Assembly (NCBI RefSeq): GCF_006345805.1
Contig: NC_042997.1
Span: forward strand, 24,180,001-24,244,000
DNA length: 64,000 nt
DNA from: Octopus sinensis
Taxonomy: Eukaryota
Direction of reading: 5' to 3'
The notes below the pieces were generated by a model. It did not search any database, had not been told where the DNA came from, and saw nothing but the letters and a program-made list of their open reading frames with translations. Positions 1 through 10,939 of this stretch are shown piece after piece. Made by a program: the position numbers and the translations under genes. Each line of letters opens with the position of its first letter. Position 1 is the stretch's first letter.

Positions 1-209
1 CACTCTTACTTCCTGTTTCTGTTGTACCTGTATTTCAAAGGGCCGGCCTTGTCACTCTCTGTGTCACGCTGAATATCCCCGAGAACTACGTTAAGGGTAC
101 ACGTGTCTGTGGAGTGCTCAGCCACTTACACGTTAATTTCACGAGCAGCCTGTTCCGTTGATTCGGATCAACCGGAACCCTCATCGTCGTGACCGACGGA
201 GTGCTTCCA
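1..209 (+). mobile_element. SINE family B, 3' part
   Basis: Near-identical to the tails of the copies at 598-986 and 20680-21061. Confidence 0.85.
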
Positions 210-1181
210 CCTGTTGACATAATCTGACAACTTGAAATAGGTCTTGTCCGACCAAACAGTATTGTCAAAGAATTGTGTATCTCTACGAATCTCTTTCAGC
301 GTGAATTCTGCAAGCTGCATAAGATGACCTGGGTTATCCATTGTTAGGTATTGCAGGAGTTTGAACTGGTATAACTTGAGGTTCAGTTGGTTTCTTGAGA
401 TGACTGTGAGACCTTCGTGAAATGCCCATCTCAGCCGACGATTGTTTGGTCGACATCATAAGGCTATTTGCAGACGTCAATTTTACTTGTATCTCATTTT
501 CTTTAGTGATAACATTCATGGATGACCGGATTTGGGATTTTTCTTCAATGAAGTTGCTGTCACGAATTTGTTTCTTACCTTGTAAATTGATTATTGTGGA
601 TGGAAGCACTCCGTCGGTTACGACGATGAGGGTTCCGGTTGATCCGAATCAACGGAACAGCCTGCTAGTGAAATTAACGTGTAAGTGGCTGAGCACTCCA
701 CAGACACGTGTACCCTTAACGTAGTTCTCGGGGATATTCAGCGTGACACAGAGAGTGACAAGGCCGTCCCTTTGAAATACAGGTACAACAGAAACAGGAA
801 GTAAGAGTGAGAGAAAGTTGTGGTGAAAGAGTACAGCAGGGATCACCACCATTCCCTGCCGGAGCCTCGTGGAGCTTTTAGGTGTTTTCGCTCAATAAAC
901 ACTCACAACGCCCGGTCTGGGAATCGAAACCGCGATCCTATGACCGCAAGTCCGCTGCCCTAACCACTGGGCCATTGCGCCTCCACAAATTGATTATTGT
1001 AATGATGGGCTAATGTGAGAGGTTTCTGTCCACTTTTGGTATACCGTTTCTTCATTTCCCAAATTCCAGTGATTTTTTTACGGTCCACATTCTCTCGTTA
1101 TATGACAAGTTGCCAGCCAGTATGCCTCATAACTCTGAAAAATAGAAAATAAAACTGTCAGTCTACTTGTGCTTCACACTG
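210..1181 (-). mobile_element. Decayed Tc1/mariner (maT/DD37D-like) transposon, interrupted by SINEs
   Basis: Frameshifted peptides STKQSSAEMGISRRS and DTQFFDNTVWSDKTYFKLSDYVNR resemble the WSDEAxFxLxGxVN motif. A TA-CAGTGTG... terminus lies at 1181-1183. Confidence 0.6.
598..986 (-). mobile_element. tRNA-derived SINE family B, full length
   Basis: Head gtggaggcgcaatggcccagtggtt...ggtttcgattccc has A/B-box-like motifs. 14-bp TSD aaattgattattgt at 584-597 and 987-1000. Confidence 0.9.
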
Positions 1182-1987
1182 TACTTTGATTTTGTAAGCC
1201 CTGGGCCGCCAGTAATGAATTGTCACCTTCATCATTTTACTGATTTCATAATTTTACTTAACGCTAATTTTTATTTCATTATATTTTACTGTAGTTGCTT
1301 TGTGGCTAGACAATGATCAGATGCAGCTAAATTCATTCTTTCCGTTTCGGATTTTATTCGAGCTTCTTGAGGCATTGTAAGCATTCCTTCTGGAATAATT
1401 CCCGCTTCTCGGGTTTTGCAGCCTTTAGATATGGAATATTTTCCTCTCCATTGTTTCCTTCGTATATTCTAGAATTTCTTTCTGATTCTGCCTTTCCTTT
1501 CTAAAAACTTTACTTTTGTTTTGCTTTTATTTTATTGTTTGTCTTTAATGTTATTAGGTTTTAGTTTCTTGTAATTTGTAATTTGCTCTGCATATAGAAA
1601 CCGCTTACTAGGGCATTGCCTTTTGTAAATGGTTTTAAGCTATGGATTCACAGGAGATTGCTTATAATTTGTCCGTTGCATATATTACAAATGTTGGTTT
1701 TGTTTAGCTAATTAGTTAACGAAGTGAAAGTCAGGCAGAAGCGTAAAAGAAACGTGAGGTTTCTCGGAAAGATTCCTCGTCCAGTAGAAGTAGGGATGGT
1801 TTATGATTTGGTCTCCATAAAATAGTAACAGTTGAATACTGGGACCCATGTACTGGGGTCGCTGTAATCGACCAACCCCCATCCCCACAAAATTTCAGGC
1901 TTATTACCTATAGTAGGAAGGGTTATTATTATTATTAGGTGGTGTGGTGGTAGTGGCAGCGCAGGCGGTGGCAGCAGCAGCAGTAGT

Positions 1988-2071
<84 letters not shown>

Positions 2072-2569
2072 GGAAAGCAGCTGTAGTTGTTTAAGCCCAA
2101 AACTGCCGCAAAGTAAATGAGCCTTTATGGTACTTTTATATTTATTTTACAGGCTTCCCCCCAAACAAAAACTTAACCTTTTCTCTAAGATTACTGACCT
2201 TGGGTCAAAATTTGAAACCATTAAAGGCAGCGAGTTGGCAGAATCGTTAGCGTTCCGGACAAAGTGCTTAGCGGCATTTTTTCTGGATATTTACGTTCTG
2301 ACTTCAAATTCCGTTAAGATTGACTTTATCTTTCATTCTTTTGCAGTGATTGTGCCCGACCAAATGCTTCGCGGTATTTATTCCGTTTTTACGCTCTGAG
2401 TTCAAATTCCGCTACAGTCCACTTTGTCTTTCATAATTTCGGGGTCGAAAAAATAACTACCGGTTAAGCACTAGGGTCGATCTATTCGACTAAACTTTTT
2501 CCCCGAAATAGCTGACCCTCTACCGAAATTTGAAACTATTAATATGACATTGCTAAGGGAAGGAAGAAC

Positions 2570-3218
2570 CATTTTCATCGTACTCGTGGCTATGGCGAAA
2601 GAATGTGTATGGCGGACGCGTCTGAAAGGTCTAGAGACAAACGCTTTCCGCTCTGGTCAATCACTCATCAACTTCTTCAAGTATAACTTGAAAAGGAAGG
2701 TGAGTGTAGAGAGGGAAGTTTTGTCTAGTGAAAGCTTCAAAAAAAGATGGGTGAATGTAGCAAGGATGGCACGTGTGAATGACGGAGCCAGCTTGAGCAT
2801 AATCCTATGAACCAAAAGAAAAAACGAAAGGAAAAATGAGAGCCACTTACTGTTATGTGTTTTTGTTTTTTGCATGACACTATTGGCCAAGGTTCCAGTG
2901 GTCTTTTCCAGTGGTCTTTTCCGTAGGATTTTCTATCCACAGACAAACCTAATCTGTTCTCCTTTTTTACATTAACACTACTGTGATACACGATCCTTCT
3001 TGATTGGCCCCACTTTTTTTCCTTTTCCTCGCGATCCCTTTTGATCGGAATTCGCGCCCTTTTGCTTTCTTTTTTTCTTTTTTTTTACTTCTTTTCACGA
3101 TCCCTTTTGATCGGAATTGTCCCCGCTTTTTTCTCCCCTTCTCTTCTTCCCAAAAAGAAAAGCTCTACTTTGTATTTTGTCCCTTCTGTGTTTAGCCTTG
3201 CGTGGCCAATAAAGAAAT
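2570..3218 (+). mobile_element. 5'-truncated non-LTR retrotransposon (Tx1/L1-like ORF2 C-terminus plus 3' UTR)
   Basis: ORF AMAKECVWRTRLKG...FFKYNLKRKVSVERE...FKKRW resembles Tx1-type ORF2 ends. A pyrimidine-rich UTR ends in aataaagaaat. Confidence 0.55.
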
Positions 3219-3561
3219 CTATAATGATACAAATAAATATTCTCCTTATTTGTAACATTTTGCAGGCTTGTGGACTTAGGAATCGTTAGGAACACAGTCA
3301 AAGCTCTTTGTGGCATTTAATTACAATTTTTCATATTTTAAATACAAATCCTGCTGAGATCAATTTTCCTTTCGTCCTTTTTCCTTCTGTTTTTTTTTAA
3401 TTTTTTTTTTACAGGATTGATAAAACGCATAACCCGATTAGTACAGGAATCAAGATAATCTACTTAGTAAAATTTCTAGCCATGTGGCCAAATGTGAATC
3501 TATTATTATAATCAATATTTGCTGGCCTTGTGCCTAAATTTGAAACTATTACTATTATTAT

Positions 3562-3725
3562 TATTATTATTCTATGTTTGACTTTTGCTTTCTGTCTGTA
3601 CAAGTTGGCTCCAAGTCTCACCCAGAGACCTCAAGAGACAACAGGTTGGAAGTTCTGTGCCATATATTTGGGGTTTTTTTTTTTTTTTTGGTGTTGTACT
3701 AGTGAATGTCTAATACATAAAAAAA
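3562..3725 (-). mobile_element. TAA-flanked repeat, probably a 5'-truncated retroelement 3' UTR; second copy at 51557-51725
   Basis: ctatgtttgacttttgc...gaggtctctggg(rc)...gtctaatacataaaaa occurs in both places next to (TAA/ATT)n. Confidence 0.55.
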
Positions 3726-3736
3726 TTAAAAAATCA

Positions 3737-3768
<32 letters not shown>

Positions 3769-4016
3769 GATTATGATTATTATTATTAGGGCGCAAGTTG
3801 GGAGAATCGATAGCAATGCGGGCAAAATGCTTAGCAGTATTTCGGTCGTCTCCATGCTCTGAGTTCAAATTCTGCCGAAGTCGACTTTGCCTTTCATCAT
3901 TTCGCACTCGAGCACTGGGGTCGTTGTAATCGACTAACCCCACCCACCACCCACCACCCACCATACACACAAAATTTCAGGCCTTGTGTTTATAGTAGAA
4001 CGGATTATTATTAGTG

Positions 4017-4107
<91 letters not shown>

Positions 4108-4658
4108 CAGAAGCAGCAGCAGTAGCAGCACCAAAAGCAGTTGTGGTTGTTTAAGCCCGAGACAGCCTCAAAATAAATGAGCCGTTATGGAACTGTTATA
4201 TTCTTTGTATTATTATCCGATGTGTATTTTACAGGCTTCCCCCAAAACAAAAATAGCGAAATAAATATATATATAAGATAGGAATAAATTAAGAGTAATT
4301 GAAAAGATTTCATTTCACATAAGTCATTATGTAAACATTGTTATTGAAAAATATTATATGAATAAGATTTGTTGTGATTATATATAAGTAATTCTATTAT
4401 TCCTTATGTAAATTATATTTTTCAAAAGCATCTATATATTTAGAGTTCTATTTTTATGTTGCTATTAAATCTTTTCCACTAAAGAATGTATTTGCCTATC
4501 AGTTTTACTGTATGTGGAGATCAAAAATGAAATTTGGTAAAAAAAAAAAAATGAGAGACAAATATACAATGGGATTGAATAAAAAAAAAATATAAGGTTA
4601 CGCAAATAATTATGAACAGAGATATAAAATTATGCATCTAAACGTAAACATATTCATG

Positions 4659-4689
<31 letters not shown>

Positions 4690-4762
4690 ACATAACTAAG
4701 AATATAGATATGTGTGTATATGTGTATGTGCATACGTATGTACGTGTGTATGAATGTGTGTT

Positions 4763-4805
<43 letters not shown>

Positions 4806-4943
4806 CATACATATATATACATATATATATGTATATATATATGCTTGTGTATATGTTTGTATATTTATGAATGAATTTACGTATATATCTACCTGTGCAT
4901 AAGTATATATATATATATATATACACATACATATATATATATA

Positions 4944-4990
<47 letters not shown>

Positions 4991-5857
4991 GTGTGTGTGT
5001 GTATATATATACTCATGCACAGATAGATATATACGTAAAATTTATGCATAAATATACAAATATTATTACACACAAACACACGCATATGCACACACACAAA
5101 TAATGAGTTATATTTATAAGTGTATAAATTTCCCACTCGTTAATAATTTTTGATATTTTCAATGTATGTATATATGTATCTGTGTGTGTGTATGTGAGTA
5201 TGTGTTTGTGTGCATGCGTGGTATTTTCCTGTTCCCTTTTAACAGTAATCTACATGCCAATATACCCGAATACATTTTTGTGCAGTTAATTTGTGTTTCC
5301 CCACTCAAGAATTCTGAAAGAAAGAAATTTTCCCTGATACTTATAGGAATCCAGGATATTCATTATATGATATATATATCAATTCATCTTGATGACATAT
5401 AAAATCATCTGTTAAGAGAGACGGTCGTCGAAATCCCAGAAGCAAAAACCATAGAGGCAAGCAATAATAATTCTCTTAAATATTTTTAATCTCTTTATCT
5501 TAAACTCTGTCTATTACGGATACAATATATTTCATTTTCGGTCAACTTTGCCTTTCATCCTTTCACATGTATTTGTATGTCGCCCTCGCCCTCGCCTCGC
5601 GCACAAATCTCCAATCACAGAAATCTCCAATTCGAAGAAAAAAGAAACTGACTTTTTCTCTTCAAAATTTCCACTCCCAAAAAGGTCTCTATTCTCCAAA
5701 TCTTTTTTTTTTTTTTGTTACACACATTTCTCGAAAAATATCACATAAATTACACACACACTCGTACGTGCACAAAAAAACTATTCGTGCACATTCTACT
5801 GTATGTGTGTATATATGCATGTGTATTTATGTATATACATATATATATATGTATATA

Positions 5858-5947
5858 TTATATAAAAGGCTTAGTAAATAAATTACTTTGCCGCATACTG
5901 AATGTATGCGGCAAAGTAATTTATTTTTACTAAGCCCTTTTATATAA
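5858..5947. repeat. ~90-bp near-perfect hairpin
   Basis: tatataaaaggcttagtaaataaattactttgccgcatac-tgaat-gtatgcggcaaagtaatttatttttactaagcccttttatata. Confidence 0.9.
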
Positions 5948-6089
5948 TGTAATAATTTGAATTCGCCTTGAATGGTACTTTGCATACTGAACACTTGGTG
6001 AAATTGATTAATAATTATTATTTTGCCCTCAATTGTGTTTGAAATTATATATGTATATATGTATATATGTATATATATATATATATATG

Positions 6090-6156
<67 letters not shown>

Positions 6157-6521
6157 GCACAAATGCTCATACTGCAACAAAATCATGAGATATACAAGCG
6201 CACGTTGTTATAGCTTGATTAATACAGTTTTAACAAAAATAATCACACGCGTTGCAAAACAAACAAACAAGGACAGACACAAATCCTAACGGACACTTAT
6301 TTTCAACATTGATACGCAAATATACAACAGATATACACACCTACACATGCGCTGCTACATATACACTCTCATGTTCGAATTGCGGTGCAAAAGGCGGTGC
6401 TAAAGGCGGTGCTATAGGCGGTGCTCCAGCATGGCCACAGTCAAAGGACTGAAATAAGTAAAAGAGTAAAAGAGTATATATATATGTATATGTATATATA
6501 ATATCTTTCTTTCTCTCTCTG

Positions 6522-6553
<32 letters not shown>

Positions 6554-6586
6554 CATACATATATATATATACACACACATATTATC

Positions 6587-6672
6587 ATGTATGTATGATG
6601 CATGTATGTATGATGCATGTATGTATGATGCATGTATGTATGATGCATGTATGTATGATGCATGTATGTATG
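6587..6672. repeat. 15-bp minisatellite (catgtatgtatgatg) x~5.7
   Basis: Directly visible tandem unit. Confidence 0.9.
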
Positions 6673-6989
6673 TTTGAATGTGAGAGTTTGCATGTGTATG
6701 CATCATAACGTATACAAATGTTGTATGTTGTGGGTATAAATAATTGTCGTTAGTCAGAATCTGGGTGAATTACAAGAAAATATTTAAACCTGCTCCACGT
6801 GCATGGCTGTTAGAATCCCTTCGGCTTGCTTCTTCTCTAATTTCCATATACCATTATAAGCACCATAATTAATCTGACTACGTATTAGGCCAGCCTTTCT
6901 GAATTTATTTAAATGAAGTGGCTCTATTATCATTGGTATAATGTAGTATTTTAGAGATACGTTTCAAAGAAGTATTTTCACAGCGTTGC

Positions 6990-7520
6990 TTTTGAAACTT
7001 TCAGTAAAGCCCTTTCCGTTTTGTCCAAGAACCCTGAAAGAAATGTGACTGACCCACAGGAAAGCAGAGATACCGTCATAACACATTGCTTCTTTGTCAA
7101 TGAACTGAAACAATACGGATTGCACGAAGAAAAACTTTGGACTAGTTACGACATTCCAAAAAGACTTAGGGATGGAGTTGGGCCGGGATAAATGTTCTAA
7201 CATAGTTGTAACCCGAGGAAGAGCTGTAAACTCATCTAGTGTCATCATATCAATATCTTGTCTATTTCTCTGACATCTGATGAGGAATATTGCTGGGACT
7301 TAGGACTGAATGATGTAAACCATATGACGGAACCTGTAATCGTTGAATATAAATCCAAAGCAAAGAAAATGTAGTCGTCGGAACTTTTCGTATACAATAA
7401 ATCGATAACTCACAATATATTTGCCGAACAGTACCATTTGTGTTACTGAGACGTTAGATGAGATCCGGGCTATTGCAGTTAACACCCAATAATTATTAAG
7501 TTGTGGCCAGAATTTCTACC
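6990..7520 (+). pseudogene. Degenerate reverse transcriptase fragment, R4/Dong-like
   Basis: HCFFVNELKQY...[frameshift]...KDLGMELGRDKC resembles HLLFMDDLKLY...DIGMEFGLDKC of RLE-type non-LTR elements. Confidence 0.55.
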
Positions 7521-7699
7521 TTGTGTTGACAGCTTTTAATTAAAAAGAAGAAAAAAAAAGCAATGTGATTGAGCCTAGGTGATGTCTAACTTACTACACC
7601 ACCTAGATAAGACATTTAATGATGTTGCATGCTAGTCATTCTTTTGGCATTATGTCCTATTCGATTATAGAGTTTTTTTTGGGGGGGGGGATGGGGGAG

Positions 7700-7935
7700 A
7701 GATATATCCGGTTGTAGGTGGTTTATCCAGAATTTGTTGAAGATATGCGTCCAGGACATCTTTGGATGTTCAGAGATCTTTTTTATCCCTTACGCTTCTA
7801 GCATGATGTTAAAGAGAGCAGGATTAGCTGAAGTGAAATAGTTCTGTTCTAGTGTTGTGATGTGACGTGAACATGATTTTTGTAGAGGTCGTAGCACAGG
7901 GAGCAAGTCTTGCGGGAAAGGAAAAGTGAAAGTTG
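7700..7935 (-). mobile_element. CR1-type LINE 3' fragment
   Basis: Frameshifted NYFTSANPALFNI... and KDVLDAYLQQILDKPPTTGY resemble the CR1 ORF2 C-terminus. Confidence 0.5.
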
Positions 7936-7966
7936 ATGGCAACATACTGTTGCTAGTGCTTTTCGA

Positions 7967-8035
<69 letters not shown>

Positions 8036-8081
8036 ATATATATATATATATATTATATATTTATATATATATATTATTATA

Positions 8082-8120
<39 letters not shown>

Positions 8121-8355
8121 AAAAAAGGGATGTGGAACACGAGTTGTGATATATAAAAAAAAGAATGAAGAAAATGCTGACAAAATAATTTAAGTAAGGG
8201 AGAGTGTATTTAATTAGATGAAAGTTCTGTTCTAGTGTTGTGATGTGACGTGAACATGATTTTTGTAGAGGTCGTAGCACAGGGAGCAAGTCTTGCGGGA
8301 AAGGAAAAGTGAAAGTTGATGGCAACATACTGTTGCTAGTGCTTTTCGAATATGT

Positions 8356-8397
<42 letters not shown>

Positions 8398-8697
8398 ATA
8401 TATATATATATATATATAATTATATATAATTATATACTTATATATATATATTTAAAAAAAGAGATGTGGAACCCGAGTGTGATATATAAAAAAAGAAATG
8501 AAGAAAATGCTGACAAAATAATTTAAGTAAGGAGATGTATTTAATTAGATGAAAGTTCTGTTCTAGTGTTGTGATGGACGTGAACATGATTTTTGTAGAG
8601 GTCGTAGCACAGGGAGCAGTCTTGCGGGAAAGGGAAAGTGAAAGTGATGACAACATACTGTTGCTAGTGCTTTTCGAATATGTATAATATATATATA

Positions 8698-8742
<45 letters not shown>

Positions 8743-8870
8743 TATATATATATTTTAAAAAAGGAGATGTGGAACACGAGTTGTGATATATAAAAAAAAA
8801 GAAATGAAGAAAATGCTGACAAAATAATTTAAGTAAGGAGAGAATGTATTAATTAGGTGTGAAAGTTCTT
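7841..8870. repeat. Tandem triplication of a 310-385-bp unit containing a (TA)n tract
   Basis: gttctgttctagtgttgtga starts at 7841, 8224 and 8555. Unit lengths differ mainly in (TA)n length. Confidence 0.9.
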
Positions 8871-8944
8871 TTTACCGGTTGCGCATGTGTTATACTTATC
8901 AAAGATATTTGGTGAGAATAGAGTTCCTTTCTGATTGATTTTTT

Positions 8945-9025
<81 letters not shown>

Positions 9026-9184
9026 TATCGCCATACTAATATGGCAGTCTAAATATAAGACTAAAGCTGTCGCTGATTAGCTCCAAGAGGCCACCGCTTC
9101 TAGCTAGCTATATGACACACGAACCTGCGTCCATTACAACCTTCGAACAGGGAGGTCAGCCTCTTCACCTTGCTAGTCAGACAT

Positions 9185-9224
9185 TGCAGACATGTTTCAG
9201 GGTTGTTGCCATTTATCAATGCAG
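9185..9224 (-). ncRNA. Minimal type I hammerhead-like motif with U3-A8 core variant
   Basis: UGCA-UUGAUAA-AUGG CAACAA CCCU-GAAAC AUGUC/-UGCA: stem I 4 bp, palindromic stem III ACAUGU, GUC site, one mismatch in stem II. Confidence 0.55.
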
Positions 9225-9245
9225 CGTAGTCAGAACCAGCAGGGT

Positions 9246-9286
9246 CGCTACTGATAAAGGGCAACAACCCTGAAACATGTCTGCAG
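9246..9286 (+). ncRNA. Degenerate minimal hammerhead-like motif (mirror copy)
   Basis: CUGAUAA-AGGG CAACAA CCCU-GAAAC AUGUC-UGCAG: perfect stem II, but C3.A8 mismatch and a disrupted stem I. Confidence 0.45.
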
Positions 9287-9511
9287 ATGTCTGACTAGCA
9301 AGATGATTGAAGCGGCTGACCTCCCTGTTCGAAGGTTGTAATGGACGCAGGTTCGTGTGTCATATAGCTAGCTAGAGGCGGTGGCCTCTTGGAGCTAATC
9401 AGCGACGCTAGTCTTATATTAGACTGCCATATTAGTATGGCGATAACTATTAAATCCAGTAACGCTGCCGTATCTCCTTTAGAGAGACTTAGTAATTTTA
9501 ATATTTTCCAT

Positions 9512-9544
<33 letters not shown>

Positions 9545-9566
9545 TATATATATTAATATATATATA

Positions 9567-10568
9567 TAGCAGTATCGCCCAGCGTTGCTCGGGTTTGTAA
9601 GGGAAATAACTATATAAGCATTTTTAGAGGAGTTACTTCCTTTATAGATGCCAATTCGGGCTTTCTTAGCCATTTCTGTTTTGGTGTCTTCAAGCCATGA
9701 AGTCGTTGTTCTAAAGAAACGGTCTCCTTGACAACGCATTACGACCGTTGATTCCTAAAACTCCTTCCCCAGCCTTCACGAGGGAGGAAAAAGAAGGGGA
9801 GAAGCAAACCAAGTGCAGGTTTTGAGAGTGGACGCCAACTCCGCCGCCATCGACACACGAAAATTATGCATTTAAAATGGATAAAAAATGAGGTTAATTA
9901 TTTTTAAAATCGTATAGACTCATCGTAGACGCGCGCTAATAGCCAGACCGGCTTGATATTAATCACGACTATAAGATACCCGAATTTGGTTAAACTGCAC
10001 CGCACAATGTGGGAGAGTTAGAATCTAAATCGTAGGAGACAGAGACTCACACACTACAGTTTATATATAGATATACTATATACTAGCAGTATCGCCCGGC
10101 GTTGCTCGGGTTTGTAAGGGAAATAACTATATAGCATTTTTAGAGAGTTACTTCCCTATAGATGCAATTCGGGCTTTCTTAGCCATTCTGTTTTGGTGTC
10201 TTCAAGCCATGAAGTCGTTGTTCTAAAAGAACGCTGGTCTCCTTGACAACGCATTACGACGTGATTTCTTTACACTCCCTTCCCCACAGCTTCACGAGGG
10301 AGGGAAGGGGGAGAAGCAAACAGGTGCAGGTGTGACCATGGACGCCAACTCCGCCGCCATCGACACATGAAAAATTATGCATTAAAATGGAATAAAAAAT
10401 GATGTTAAATTATTTTTAAAATCGTAGACTCATTGTTGACGCGCGCTAATAGCCAGACGGCTCGATATGAATCACGACTATAAGATACCCGAATTTGGTT
10501 AACTGCACCGCAAAATGTGGGAGGAGTTAGGAATCTAAATCGAAGGGACAGACACTCCACAACTAGAG

Positions 10569-10572
<4 letters not shown>
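9567..10572 (+). mobile_element. Two tandem ~500-bp non-autonomous Helentron-type (HINE/DINE-like) elements
   Basis: Each begins (ac)tagcagtatcgccc(a/g)gcgttgctcggg, a HINE-type 5' motif, and ends in a gac/aca-rich stretch plus tatatag. Copies start at 9567 and 10082. Confidence 0.6.
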
Positions 10573-10626
<54 letters not shown>

Positions 10627-10893
10627 ATAATTAGCAATTAAGGACAACTACTTAATAAGGAAAACTTAACAAGAAATTTGTCAGGTAGATAGCGTAAAAA
10701 AACATCATAAGAGAAAAATTTCGAAAATAATTATTTTATTGAACATATTAATTTATATATAGAGGGCATTATATACATGCCAGGAGGCTCTACATACACG
10801 CCATACGCTAAGAGGGACAATCAGCATTTTACCAAAATATTTACTAATCCCACCGAATGCAATTTTTCAAAGAAAGACATTTAAAAATATATA

Positions 10894-10939
10894 GACCTGT
10901 ATCACAGTGATTTCATACTTACGTAATCATCAGCAGGCC
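10894..10939 (-). ncRNA. Type I hammerhead ribozyme motif (left arm, intact copy)
   Basis: Reverse complement of gacctgtatcacagtgatttcatacttacgtaatcatcagcaggcc. Copies at ~11360-11401, 11832-11876 and 12299-12342 carry indels in the core or stems. Confidence 0.78.

Larger units (their letters stand above)
9021..9452. repeat. ~430-bp inverted repeat (two ~200-bp arms, short spacer), Penelope-terminal-repeat-like
   Basis: atagttatcgccatactaatatggcagtct... mirrors ...agactgccatattagtatggcgataactat. The left end abuts (TA)n. Confidence 0.9.

Noticed and set aside
598-986. tRNA-like A/B boxes in SINE heads
   Set aside because: No cloverleaf or acceptor stem; these are SINE promoters, not tRNA genes.
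6381-6426. Four copies of a 12-bp unit (aggcggtgct..)
   Set aside because: Slippage at the 5' truncation point of a family A SINE tail, not an independent element.
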